This document shows, piece by piece, positions 1 to 9,578 of a DNA stretch of 64,000 bases. The position numbers and the translations under genes were made by a program. Under the pieces are notes generated by a model, which was not told the origin of the DNA, searched no databases, and saw nothing but the letters and a program-made list of their open reading frames with translations. Position 1 is the first letter of the stretch, and each line of letters starts with the position of its first letter. Origin of the DNA: Calditrichia bacterium (GTDB taxonomy: Bacteria > Calditrichota > Calditrichia > RBG-13-44-9 > J075); assembly GCA_050633245.1 (NCBI GenBank), contig JBOEGD010000024.1, positions 96,001-160,000 of the forward strand, written 5' to 3'.

Positions 1-3000
1 GCTGCCGCAAGTGTATCGCTATCCAGACGCCATGTATTTTGCAGAAGTAGCTCAACGCGAACCATTAAGGCTTTCGGTTTCGATTCTAAATTTTTGTGCT
101 GTGTAAGCAGGGTGCAAAATGAACTATACAGATCGATTGTGCGATTAATTGTATTTTCGCTTGCAGGCTGCTCTTCTTCAGTGTCTGTCGACTTGATATC
201 TGAAGCGAACCAGGTACGCAGCTGTTCGGCACTACCAAGACTGCGATACGCTTGATGGAGCGGCTGTAGAGTTAATTCGCGCAGCGCCTCTTCAACACTT
301 GGAACTCCCCTGCCGTTTAGATAATCCGTTAATCGCGCGCACTGCTTCGTTTCATCGTCCCGGAGTTCCCGGACTTCCGGATAAACGTGATACTCATATC
401 CTTTTAGCTCAATGAGCAGTCCGCGATCGAGCAGTTCCTGACTCCGATAAATTGTCTCCAGCCCTTTAACGCTATCGCGCAGAATACAAAATCTATCGGG
501 ACCACCTTCTAGCGTTAGTCCCTGCCCGAGCGTTTTTTGGGTAAGTGTTTTAGTGCCGCTTTTGTCGAGAAAGGCCGCGGAGGTGCGAATCCAGCCAACG
601 GTTGGCTCATAGGCATTGTTAAAAACAACTAAGCTGCGCTCGGTGCCGGAACGGTTGGTGTAAGCGAATACATTCTCATTCACGCGTCCATCTGACTGGT
701 AGAAATCATAGAGCAGGAAGTTCTCCACTTCCGCAAACAGATAGCGTTTCTTCATAATGGGAAAAATTTCGCGTTCATGTCGTTTTACCAAATACTCATT
801 TGGTTTCTCATCGAAATAGGCACGCTGATACTCCATGCCGTATTTCTCTTTGAAGCCTTCAACTTGTCCGTGGCCAAACATTGGCAGGCCCGGCATTGTG
901 CACATCAGCATGCAAATGCCAAAATACTTATCGCCATCACCAAATTGATCAATTGCGGTTTCTTCATCCGGGTTGCTCATGAAGTTCACGTAGCGCTTTA
1001 ATATTTCCGGATCAAACTCCAGTGTATTCTTAATGGTGTAGCGATATTTTTTGTTCTCTTCCTTCATTAGCATATGCATGAAAGCGCTATTGTAAACGCG
1101 ATGCATACCCAATGTGCGAACGAAATATCCCTCCATCATCCAAAACGCCTCGGCTAAAAGCAGCGTTTCCGGGGCTTCTTCTGCGACGCGATCGACAACT
1201 TCTCGCCAAAACTCCTGCGGAATAAGGGCATTAAATTGTGCGCGGGTAAGGCCGTGCTCTGCTCGGGAGGGAATATCGCCTCCGCTGCCGGGTTCCGGAA
1301 ACCAAAGCCTGTGGAAGTGCTTTTTGGCAAGCGTCATGGCGGCATCAAAACGAATTACCGGGAATTTTTTTGCAACGGAAAGAATCGTTTGAATGGCAGC
1401 TTCCCGCACCTCCGGGTTTAAGTAGTTTAGCTGAGCAGTATCATTCCACGGCATACTGGTACCGTCGTTACCATGATAGATATAGCGCGTTTCGCCAGTC
1501 GAATGATCTACGCGTTTAAACACGACTGAAGCATCTGTGCGGTCGTAATAGTGATCCTCTAAAAAAATGCCGACATTGGGATCTGTAGAAAGATCTTTGC
1601 CGTTGAAAGTATACGCCGGAAATGGGGGATAGGGGGACTGTACAAACCAGTCTGGATGTTCGTGAATCCACTTTGAATCAACTCCGGTATGGTTTGGAAC
1701 CATGTCGCTGCCGAGACGAATGCCGCGTTTCCAACAGCGTTCTTTTAGATCTTTATAAGCAGCCTCACCGCCAAGCTGGTCGGCAATTTGATAGTCGAAT
1801 AACGAATAGGCTGATGATGCCGCGTCAGGATTTCCGCAAAGATGTTTAATCTCACGTGATGCCGTGCTGCGTTCCCAAATGCCGATTAGCCAGAGTCCGG
1901 TAAATCCCCATTGAGATAGCTTGTCGAGCTCCTCGTCCGGAATCTGATCGAGAGTCTTTACCTCAAGATCATACGCTCTGCCAAGCTGATCCAGCCATAC
2001 CAGCGTGCTTTTTGCCATTAGAACCAGCTGTGGCATCCAGTGTAAGTCCATGCTGAATTGCTCGACCTCTTCATCCTGTCCCCAAAAATCCGGAACATGG
2101 GTTGGTGCAGGGCCAAGGCCGGGATTAAAGCGTACTTTTGTTTCTTCTGTAATAAAATCTATGTTGCGTAATACCCGGGTCTCATAGGTTGTCGGTGGTG
2201 CTCCCCATTTAGTGATGAACTCTTTACCAAGTCGAGACTCCCAATCTATTTGCAGGTCGGATTTCAAAAATGCCGGCCACTCTGCTCGCATAAAGTTGAG
2301 TTGATCTATCAAAGAATGTGGGTTCTGTTTAGCCGGATTTAGAAGCATTTGGAAAAGGCTTATGCCACTTCCTTCTTCACCAAAAAGCGGTTGATCATCG
2401 AAGAATACTTCAAGCTGCCCCATTGCCTGAAGATAGGCCGTCTCTTCGCGCAAGCTATTGTCATCAAAAAGCTCTTGATACTTTGTAAAAGCCGGGTTGG
2501 CATTGGTAATCCATAGGAGAAGCATTTCTTCAAGAGCAACTTGCCGATTAGAGCGTTCTGCTGTTTTGCCCGCGAGGTAAGTTTCGAGAGTGATGGTACC
2601 GCGATAAACCGGAAGTGGCGGGAATTCCTCAAGGAAGCGGTTTAGCATGGTGTTGATCTCCGCATCCCCAAAACGATTGCCCAGCCATTCAAGAGCCTCG
2701 TCGAATACATTGCTGTTTTTCTCTTCACGATACTGCATCAGCATTTTGTGCAGGATCTCGTGAATCAAACCCATTGCGTTAATCTCGGCGGCACTAATGG
2801 CCTGTTCAGGGAAATTCAGTAAATCCCGCTGTTCATTCATTTTTTGAGCGAATAGTCGAGCGGCATGAAAATTGGCGAAAATGACATTGCCGGAAATCGA
2901 AAACATACTGAGGTCGAATTGATACCGATCGCGTGCACTGCGCGACACGTGAAACTCTAATCGATCTGATGAAAAGGAGTGCTGTAATTTGTGGTCGGTT

Positions 3001-3032
3001 TTATTGATTCCGGAACAGGAAAATTCTATCAT
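1..3032 (-). CDS. Large alpha-amylase family (GH13) glycoside hydrolase; 3' end runs off the window
   Basis: Absent from the ORF track because no stop falls in the window. Manual translation from ATG 3032 gives MIEFSCSG...LEFHVSRSARDRYQFD; the same frame carries GH13-type motifs FPVIRFDAAMTLAKKHF (nucleophile region), LLAEAFWMMEG (acid/base) and VNFMSNPDEE. Confidence 0.85.
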   Translation of the reverse strand, partial: MIEFSCSGINKTDHKLQHSFSSDRLEFHVSRSARDRYQFDLSMFSISGNVIFANFHAARLFAQKMNEQRDLLNFPEQAISAAEINAMGLIHEILHKMLMQYREEKNSNVFDEALEWLGNRFGDAEINTMLNRFLEEFPPLPVYRGTITLETYLAGKTAERSNRQVALEEMLLLWITNANPAFTKYQELFDDNSLREETAYLQAMGQLEVFFDDQPLFGEEGSGISLFQMLLNPAKQNPHSLIDQLNFMRAEWPAFLKSDLQIDWESRLGKEFITKWGAPPTTYETRVLRNIDFITEETKVRFNPGLGPAPTHVPDFWGQDEEVEQFSMDLHWMPQLVLMAKSTLVWLDQLGRAYDLEVKTLDQIPDEELDKLSQWGFTGLWLIGIWERSTASREIKHLCGNPDAASSAYSLFDYQIADQLGGEAAYKDLKERCWKRGIRLGSDMVPNHTGVDSKWIHEHPDWFVQSPYPPFPAYTFNGKDLSTDPNVGIFLEDHYYDRTDASVVFKRVDHSTGETRYIYHGNDGTSMPWNDTAQLNYLNPEVREAAIQTILSVAKKFPVIRFDAAMTLAKKHFHRLWFPEPGSGGDIPSRAEHGLTRAQFNALIPQEFWREVVDRVAEEAPETLLLAEAFWMMEGYFVRTLGMHRVYNSAFMHMLMKEENKKYRYTIKNTLEFDPEILKRYVNFMSNPDEETAIDQFGDGDKYFGICMLMCTMPGLPMFGHGQVEGFKEKYGMEYQRAYFDEKPNEYLVKRHEREIFPIMKKRYLFAEVENFLLYDFYQSDGRVNENVFAYTNRSGTERSLVVFNNAYEPTVGWIRTSAAFLDKSGTKTLTQKTLGQGLTLEGGPDRFCILRDSVKGLETIYRSQELLDRGLLIELKGYEYHVYPEVRELRDDETKQCARLTDYLNGRGVPSVEEALRELTLQPLHQAYRSLGSAEQLRTWFASDIKSTDTEEEQPASENTINRTIDLYSSFCTLLTQHKNLESKPKALMVRVELLLQNTWRLDSDTLAA

Positions 3033-3165
3033 AGTGCCTTCGAACTCAATCATTATATGTCGATTCATGGGATGTAAGGGTGCACGAAGTTATCAACAGC
3101 AACCCGATCATACAAGCAAAATTAGGCAATGCGTTCATTAAAAATGGTTAGTGGATTAGAAAAAC

Positions 3166-3194
3166 TTGACATTCTAAAGCCAGTTTTGTATGTT
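3166..3194 (+). promoter_or_regulatory. Sigma70-type promoter of the aromatic amino acid operon
   Basis: TTGACA (3166-3171), 17-nt spacer, TATGTT (3189-3194), just upstream of the leader peptide. Confidence 0.7.
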
Positions 3195-3222
3195 TTGCAA
3201 AACATTACAGGAATACAGAAGC

Positions 3223-3288
3223 ATGAAACGTTACAGCCACCTATTTTTCTTTTTTGGTTATTACTACTGGCCTAAATCCGGGACCTGA
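3223..3288 (+). CDS. Attenuator leader peptide (pheL-like), 21 aa, MKRYSHLFFFFGYYYWPKSGT
   Basis: ATG 3223 to TGA 3288, AGGA upstream; 9 of 21 codons are Phe/Tyr/Trp; directly upstream of a terminator and pheA. Confidence 0.88.
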   Translation: MKRYSHLFFFFGYYYWPKSGT

Positions 3289-3333
3289 GCGGCTGTATAT
3301 TTAAAAAGACATATACTTAGATAATAATCGCAT

Positions 3334-3365
3334 AAAGGTTCTGAATATTCAGGACCTTTTTTTTT
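3334..3365 (+). terminator. Attenuator (intrinsic terminator) hairpin
   Basis: AAAGGTTCTGAAT/ATTCAGGACCTTT inverted repeat (one G-U pair) running into a T9 tract, 20 nt before the pheA ATG. Confidence 0.85.
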
Positions 3366-3384
3366 GCCTAAAAATGGAGCAGTA

Positions 3385-4233
3385 ATGAACGTAGCTATTC
3401 AGGGGGGAAGGGCGTCTTTCCACGATATGGCAGCGAGAAAATACTTCGCAGGAGAAACTCTGGAGCTGTTGGAATGTGCATCGTTCAGGGAGCTGTGTCG
3501 GGCAGTAGTGAAAGACCGGGTAGATTTTGCACTGATGGCAATTGAAAATACGCTTGTTGGAAGCATTTTACCGAACTATTCGTTGTTGAGGGAATACCCG
3601 CTTTCAATTCAGGGTGAGGTTTATTTACCAATCAGCCATCATTTAATGGCTCTTCCCGGGCAACGTTTTACGGAAATAAAAAGTGTGCGTTCGCATCCGA
3701 TGGCCCTGCTGCAATGTAGTGAGTTTTTGGATCGATATCCGCAAATACACATTGTCGAGGGAAGCGATACCGCAGATAGTGCACGCGATATTCGTGAGAA
3801 CAGTCTATCCGGCGTGGCTGCGATTGCCAGCCGCTTGGCTGCTGAAACGTATGAGCTGGATGTGCTTGCAGATCATATTGAAAACCTCCAGCACAATTAT
3901 ACCCGTTTTCTGATTCTTTCTGCCAGCAATATCCAAAACTCACATGGTAATAAGGCCGCACTTAACTTTCGAGTCGATCATTCAACCGGCTCATTAGTAA
4001 AAGCACTGGGAGTTATGAGCGCGCATGAAATTAATCTTACACAGATTCAGTCTATTGCCCTACCAGACCACCCCCATGAATATGCTTTCCATGTTGATGT
4101 AGAATGGGACACGGCCGCTGATTTTGAAAAGGCGATGCAGGAAATGCAGAAATATACCCGACGTTTAACTATTCTGGGTAGATACAGCAAAGGAGAGCGG
4201 CCTTATGATCGTACCACCAGCCAGCCGACTTGA
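3385..4233 (+). CDS. pheA: Prephenate dehydratase with C-terminal ACT domain
   Basis: AIQGGRASFH, AIENTLVG, SHPMALLQC, NYTRFL motifs; start set at ATG 3385 after GGAG. Confidence 0.93.
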   Translation: MNVAIQGGRASFHDMAARKYFAGETLELLECASFRELCRAVVKDRVDFALMAIENTLVGSILPNYSLLREYPLSIQGEVYLPISHHLMALPGQRFTEIKSVRSHPMALLQCSEFLDRYPQIHIVEGSDTADSARDIRENSLSGVAAIASRLAAETYELDVLADHIENLQHNYTRFLILSASNIQNSHGNKAALNFRVDHSTGSLVKALGVMSAHEINLTQIQSIALPDHPHEYAFHVDVEWDTAADFEKAMQEMQKYTRRLTILGRYSKGERPYDRTTSQPT

Positions 4234-5353
4234 TGTTGTGGAGGAATATTACTTTGCGCATAAACTTAGAGAAGTGCGTGCGCTTATAGCTGCCGGGAAT
4301 GATGTGGTAAATCTTGGAATTGGTAATCCTGACCTGCCGCCGGCAGAAGATGTTGTTTCGCGCTTGCAAAAGGAAGCGAAGCGTACCGATGTGCATGGAT
4401 ATCAGCCGTATATGGGCATCGCTTCGCTGCGTGCTTCGATGGCAGGATATTATCAGAATACTTATGGTGTTACGCTCGATCCGGAGTTGGAGATTTTACC
4501 GTTAATGGGATCGAAAGAGGGCATCTTCCATTTGTCGATGGCTTTTCTAAATCCCGGTGATCACGTACTGGTGCCGAATCCGGGTTATTTGGGTTATACG
4601 GCGGCAAGCCGCTTGGCAGGCGCGACAACGCGCTTGTATAATCTTACCGCTGATAAGAAGTGGCTGCCTGACTTTGCTGCTCTTGAGGCGGCTGATTTGT
4701 CCGGCGTGAAAATGATGTGGATAAACTATCCGCACATGCCAACTGGTGCAACTGCCAGTCGAGAGTTTTTTCAGCAGGTGAGTCGATTTGGTGAGCGTCA
4801 CAGCATTTTAATCTGCCATGATAACCCTTATTCGCGAATAGATAATGCCGAACCTCTGAGTATTTTTAATGGTGGTAGCAAGGAATGTTGTATTGAACTG
4901 AACTCTCTTAGTAAGAGCCATAATATGGCCGGATGGAGAATCGGTATGTTGATTGGAGCCACTGAATACTTACAGACGGCACTTGCTGTTAAAAGTAATC
5001 TGGATTCAGGAATGTTTCAACCCATCCAGCAGGCAGCGTCGGAAGCCCTGGCCTTACAGAGCAACTGGTTGAATAAACAATCGGAGATTTATCGACGTCG
5101 TAAGCAGTTGGCGTATCACTTGCTTGATGCACTTGGATGTTCCTATGTGAAGGATACTGCCGGAATGTTTGTTTGGGCGCAGGTAGCAAATAGCGTTGAA
5201 AATGTAGAAACCTTTGTCGACAGGCTGTTGTTTGAAAAGCATGTATTTATTGCGCCGGGATTTATTTTCGGTAGCAATGGAATGCGCTACGTTCGCATTT
5301 CTGTATGTGCACCGGAAGAGCGGATTCAGGAAGCAATTAATCGTTTAAACTAA
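4205..5353 (+). CDS. PLP-dependent aminotransferase class I/II (probable aromatic/prephenate aminotransferase)
   Basis: NLGIGNPD, GSKEGI, NYPHMPTG, DNPY, SLSKSHNMAGWRIG (PLP lysine); overlaps the pheA end. Confidence 0.9.
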   Translation: MIVPPASRLDVVEEYYFAHKLREVRALIAAGNDVVNLGIGNPDLPPAEDVVSRLQKEAKRTDVHGYQPYMGIASLRASMAGYYQNTYGVTLDPELEILPLMGSKEGIFHLSMAFLNPGDHVLVPNPGYLGYTAASRLAGATTRLYNLTADKKWLPDFAALEAADLSGVKMMWINYPHMPTGATASREFFQQVSRFGERHSILICHDNPYSRIDNAEPLSIFNGGSKECCIELNSLSKSHNMAGWRIGMLIGATEYLQTALAVKSNLDSGMFQPIQQAASEALALQSNWLNKQSEIYRRRKQLAYHLLDALGCSYVKDTAGMFVWAQVANSVENVETFVDRLLFEKHVFIAPGFIFGSNGMRYVRISVCAPEERIQEAINRLN

Positions 5354-5370
5354 TATATCTGAGGTGTACT

Positions 5371-6480
5371 ATGAGTATTGGAAAGCTTAATCTTGAACTG
5401 CCGGAATGGATGCCATCTGATCGCCCGTTACTAATCTCCGGCCCATGTAGTGCTGAAACCGAAGAGCAGGTTCTGGAAACAGCCCGAGCTTTGAAGGAAG
5501 TCGGAAATGTAGACCTGTTTCGTGCTGGAATCTGGAAACCACGAACCCGTCCAAATACATTTGCCGGCGTTGGTATTAAAGGACTTGGCTGGCTGCAGAA
5601 AGTAAAAAAGGAAACAGGGTTACGCACAGCAGTTGAAATTGCTAATGCGAATCATGCTTATGAGGCGCTGAAGCATGGGATCGATGTGCTGTGGATTGGG
5701 GCTAGAACGACGGTAAGTCCATTCGCCGTGCAGGAAATAGCGGATGCCTTAAAGGGAGCGGATGTCCCGGTATTGGTAAAGAACCCAATTAATCCTGATC
5801 TCCAGCTATGGATCGGTGCCTTAGAACGCCTGAACCAGGCTGGAATTACCAAGCTTGCTGCAATCCATCGGGGTTTTTCCTCGAGCGTTACTGCTCCATA
5901 TCGCAATACTCCCAAGTGGCGCATTCCAATTGAACTAAAACGTCTGATCCCGGAAATTCCGATGATCTGCGATCCCAGTCATATTGCGGGAAAACGCGAG
6001 TTTCTGGAGCCGCTTTCTCAGCGCGCTTTGGACCTGGCTATGCAGGGTCTTATGATTGAGACGCATCCCGATCCGGCAAATGCGCTCAGTGATTCTGCAC
6101 AGCAAATCCGACCATCGGAGCTGCCCACCCTTATGGAGAATTTGACGTATCGCAAGCCATCCGGAGATGAAAAGCAACAGGCGAATATGCTGGAGGTCTT
6201 GCGAGGTGAAATTGACAACCTCGATCAACAGCTTTTGGATGTTTTGGCACGCCGTTCTCAAATTTCAACTCGCATTGGTGAGTACAAAGATGAAAATAAT
6301 ATGACAATTTTTCAGGTCCGTCGCTGGGAGAAAGTGCTCGGTAGCCGTTTAGATGACGCTACGAACATGGGTGTTGAGGAAAGATTTGTTAAAGAAATCT
6401 TCCAGATTATTCACCACCATTCCATCGAGCTTCAGGAAAAGGTAATGAACCAAAAAAAGACGAAAAAGCCGGTATCTTAA
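5371..6480 (+). CDS. Bifunctional DAHP synthase (type I-beta) / chorismate mutase
   Basis: GPCSAE, RAGIWKPRTRP, WIGART, DPSH motifs; C-terminal AroQ-like LRGEIDNLDQQLLDVLARR. Confidence 0.93.
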   Translation: MSIGKLNLELPEWMPSDRPLLISGPCSAETEEQVLETARALKEVGNVDLFRAGIWKPRTRPNTFAGVGIKGLGWLQKVKKETGLRTAVEIANANHAYEALKHGIDVLWIGARTTVSPFAVQEIADALKGADVPVLVKNPINPDLQLWIGALERLNQAGITKLAAIHRGFSSSVTAPYRNTPKWRIPIELKRLIPEIPMICDPSHIAGKREFLEPLSQRALDLAMQGLMIETHPDPANALSDSAQQIRPSELPTLMENLTYRKPSGDEKQQANMLEVLRGEIDNLDQQLLDVLARRSQISTRIGEYKDENNMTIFQVRRWEKVLGSRLDDATNMGVEERFVKEIFQIIHHHSIELQEKVMNQKKTKKPVS

Positions 6481-6511
6481 AAAGCGACTTGTGAAGTTTT
6501 TTGTGAGGCTC

Positions 6512-7177
6512 TTAATAATTGATGATGAGTGGAATCTGTGGCCGGAAATCCATGCGGCCGTGGGTTCCGCTATCAAGAGTAAGCTCAAGCGTTGGTGAGG
6601 AGCCTTGCTTCAATTCGATAATATTATGTTTTGCCAGTTCAGCTAAGGCCAGGCTTGAGTCGGGAAACTGACCATGCAGAGTCGTTTTGGTTAAATATTC
6701 CCCACCAAATTGATGCTTCAGCGGCTGTTGTCTCTTTGGTGGATAATCTTCTTGTCTCTCGGGGAATGGCAGCATGAAAACTTCCGGTGACAATAGACTA
6801 TCAGGCTCATCAGACATTTGGATCCCCGCAATATCGGGAAAATATTCGGGTTTGTAGAGCCATGTGGGAAAGGGCAATGCCTGTGGTGGCAAAGAGGTAG
6901 GGCGCAGGCAGATTCCAAAAGGAGACGATTTATTGTTGCGCCACTTCGAACGATCGTAAAGTTTTAAGCGACCTGCTTCCCCGGTGGTTGCTTCAACCTT
7001 ATCAGTTATCCAGAGAAACTCCAGCATAGCGTTGCGGCAGTAAAACCTCCTGTTCGCACTACCCTGACCGGGATGCGTATTTCTGCTGCCCTCAGTCCAG
7101 CCAAACTTAACCAGCTCTTCGGCTTGCGGTGCTTCAAATTCAGACAAGATAAACAGATGGTCTATTTCGTAATTCAT
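6512..7177 (-). CDS. VOC/glyoxalase-like family protein
   Basis: EIDHLFI, HPGQGSANRRF and MLEFLW motifs typical of glyoxalase-like proteins. Confidence 0.75.
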   Translation of the reverse strand: MNYEIDHLFILSEFEAPQAEELVKFGWTEGSRNTHPGQGSANRRFYCRNAMLEFLWITDKVEATTGEAGRLKLYDRSKWRNNKSSPFGICLRPTSLPPQALPFPTWLYKPEYFPDIAGIQMSDEPDSLLSPEVFMLPFPERQEDYPPKRQQPLKHQFGGEYLTKTTLHGQFPDSSLALAELAKHNIIELKQGSSPTLELTLDSGTHGRMDFRPQIPLIINY

Positions 7178-7188
7178 AGAGGTAGTGT

Positions 7189-7782
7189 CTACCGTCTCCA
7201 GGTTAAAATATATGCTGGCGGAAGATTTTTTAAAACCGCCTTGCTGCGATGATGACTACCAAAGCGATTGCACATTTGATTGCGAAATTTGATTGCGGAG
7301 GGGAGGGGGTAAGCGTGGACATATTGAAAGGTTCTAAATATACTTCCGGGCGTCATTAGATGATCAATACTATCAATAATTCCCGCTCTTACCTGGCTTG
7401 GAAGACTGGAAAAGGGTAGTCCTGAAATAATTGCTTTAGCCGGCGGGCAGTTGGCATCATGGCAATGCTTTTCTGCATGCTCTGCATTGCCGGTAACGAA
7501 CTGCATATCGGGGAAACGCTTATCCAGCAACTTGACAAATTTGGGTTCGCGTTCAATGCCCAAATAAATCGATTCTGCCGGAATTACATCTTTAATTAGT
7601 CGTGTTACGGAGCCGGTGCCCGGGCCGAGTTCCAAAATTGTTTCACCAGCTTTGAGATCCAGATTATGAACCATTCGACTGGCAAGAGCGCGAGAGCTTG
7701 GAGTTAATGCCCCCACTTGAGCAGGATTTTTTAAGAAAACTTTTACAAAGGAGAGCGCAGCAGCTAGATCAGCATTTAACAT
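7189..7782 (-). CDS. SAM-dependent methyltransferase, phospholipid/ornithine-lipid N-methyltransferase (PmtA-like)
   Basis: VGALTPSSRALA, LELGPGTG, IISGLP, FQY, NLPPA motifs. Confidence 0.85.
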   Translation of the reverse strand: MLNADLAAALSFVKVFLKNPAQVGALTPSSRALASRMVHNLDLKAGETILELGPGTGSVTRLIKDVIPAESIYLGIEREPKFVKLLDKRFPDMQFVTGNAEHAEKHCHDANCPPAKAIISGLPFSSLPSQVRAGIIDSIDHLMTPGSIFRTFQYVHAYPLPSAIKFRNQMCNRFGSHHRSKAVLKNLPPAYILTWRR

Positions 7783-8040
7783 TTTAGGCCACCTGAATAT
7801 TAGAGTTGGTGCCTGGAAATACCACGCTCAGCGAAGGGTACAACTTCAGATTATTTTAGAACCCGTGATATTAGGCCAGCGACTAAAAAGATAAAACTTC
7901 CTGTGAGAAAAGCAAATAAACTTTGCGATTCTCTTATTTGTCGCCCTAAGGACTAATTTGCGAATGGCACTATTTTAAGCAGCCAATAACCCACACCGGA
8001 TTAACAAAGGAGTATGTGAATTATTGGCTGCTATATTGTT

Positions 8041-8400
8041 TTACAGAATCTCCAAATCGAAAATCTGATTATAGATATCCTGTTGAAACCCTACAACGAG
8101 CGTACTGCCGATACGTAACGTTGGTGCTCTCAGGTTTCCGGTTGGTCCCAGCAAAAGAGAAAGGATCGTCTCCTGATTTGCCTCCTCTTTGCTCAAGTTC
8201 AGATAATTGACTTTCTTTCCCTTCACGGAATAAATTTCTTTTACCTGACTAACAAGCTCTAAAATGTCGTTGCGACTCATTTTGTTTTTCCCTGAATTTT
8301 GGAGCAAGTCGACTTCAATACTTTTCTGCGCAAGAAACTCCTGCGTTTTTTTACAGGTATTTCAGCCGCTGCGATGATAATACCAGTGAACTTTTTTCAT
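8041..8400 (-). CDS. ArsC/Spx-family selenoprotein (UxxC), 119 aa, UGA recoded as Sec at codon 13
   Basis: GGAGG RBS, ATG 8400, MKKVHWYYHRSG-UGA-NTCKKTQEFL, continuing in frame into the track ORF 8041..8307 (LLGPTGNLRAPTL...VVGF). Confidence 0.85.
8317..8361 (-). promoter_or_regulatory. Candidate bacterial SECIS element
   Basis: After the UGA: CGCAGGA-GTT-TCTTGCG hairpin (8345-8329) with a G-containing loop about 23 nt downstream; outer AATAC/GTATT pairing. Confidence 0.6.
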
Positions 8401-8518
8401 TTGGCCTCCAGAACCAGTTTGTCAAAACGAAATTGTGAGCGTTTTGAGCGTTATTCTTTTTTAATAATAAAATAGCTATTGGCAAATGTCAACTGTTTTT
8501 CTGGAATTACGTAAGAAT

Positions 8519-9484
8519 TCAGCGTATCAGTATTAACTTGCGGTTAAATTGTGCCTTGTCTGTCTGAAGCCGATAGAAATAGATGCCACTTGCCAGATTG
8601 ACTCCAATAGCATTTTTTCCGTCCCAACGAAAGCAATAGCTACCCGGTTCAAGCTCTTTGTCCACAAGAGTCTTTACGGGTTTTCCTACGATATTGAAGA
8701 TTTCTAATCTTACATTCGATTTACTCGCCAGCTTTAGTGGAATTGAGGTGTGGGGATTGAATGGATTGGGATGGTTCTGCCCGAGAATTGATCTGCCGTC
8801 TTGTGCAACATGATTGCCAGATGCATCATTGGGTAGAACAGATAAAGAGAAGGTGTCTGAGCTTTGAACCTGGAATTCACCGTCTGTAACTGAAGCATAC
8901 CAGAGATACCTCCCGGGACGCGATGCAAACTCCGATGGAAAAAGCTCTATCCAGGTTCTTCCGATATCTTCAAACGTTAGCAGAGATTTTCCATTGTCTA
9001 TATGTAGAGAATAGAACAGCTCTTGTTGGTCTACATCTTTTGCTTCATCCCAGGAAAAGCGCAGCGGCACATCGGTACTTGTTACACTGTCTTCATCGGC
9101 AGGAGTAAGTAGAACAAATGGATGTGGCGAGTCGTTAATGGGGGCAATCTTTACCCAGATCGATAAACTGTCTACTATAGTAGAGCCAAGGTGGGCCGAG
9201 ACATTGATAAACGTGTCCCCATTAGAATCAGGGACAGAATGGAAAAAAAGTTTGCGGGAATCTACCTGGGCGGTGAGCTTCGATGTTGATGTCGCCCGAA
9301 GTTGATATTTGCCCTCAGGATCGTAAAATACGGTATCTAAAGAGGCAATAAGATGCGAGCCAAAGTCTTCCTTCAGCAGTAGAAATGGCTTCTGGTGTTC
9401 AATTGTCTTGTGCTGTGCCAACAAGACATTGCATGAAACAGAGATTAAGAGCAGCAGTACAAAATAGTGGATGTTCCGATCCAT
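8519..9484 (-). CDS. Secreted protein with FlgD-Ig / T9SS type-A-like C-terminal sorting domain
   Basis: Signal peptide; QNHPNPFNP...WDGKN...SGIYFYRL...KLILIR C-terminus. Confidence 0.8.
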   Translation of the reverse strand: MDRNIHYFVLLLLISVSCNVLLAQHKTIEHQKPFLLLKEDFGSHLIASLDTVFYDPEGKYQLRATSTSKLTAQVDSRKLFFHSVPDSNGDTFINVSAHLGSTIVDSLSIWVKIAPINDSPHPFVLLTPADEDSVTSTDVPLRFSWDEAKDVDQQELFYSLHIDNGKSLLTFEDIGRTWIELFPSEFASRPGRYLWYASVTDGEFQVQSSDTFSLSVLPNDASGNHVAQDGRSILGQNHPNPFNPHTSIPLKLASKSNVRLEIFNIVGKPVKTLVDKELEPGSYCFRWDGKNAIGVNLASGIYFYRLQTDKAQFNRKLILIR

Positions 9485-9578
9485 AGGTCATCCTTTCCGA
9501 CGGGGAGGGAGACGCCTGCACTATTTACTTATGTAAATTCCGCTCTTTTTTGAATTCTTTCTAAAATTGTTGTCCAGA

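Noticed and set aside
777-2632. Several short ORFs in the track
   Set aside because: They are shadows of the long minus-strand GH13 gene, which the track missed because it has no stop in the window.
7964-7980. Sigma54 promoter (TGGCAC)
   Set aside because: No TTGC at the -12 position and no plus-strand gene downstream.
8041-8400. Pseudogene with a premature stop
   Set aside because: The TGA sits at the redox Cys position with a SECIS-like hairpin and an otherwise intact frame, so Sec recoding is the simpler explanation.
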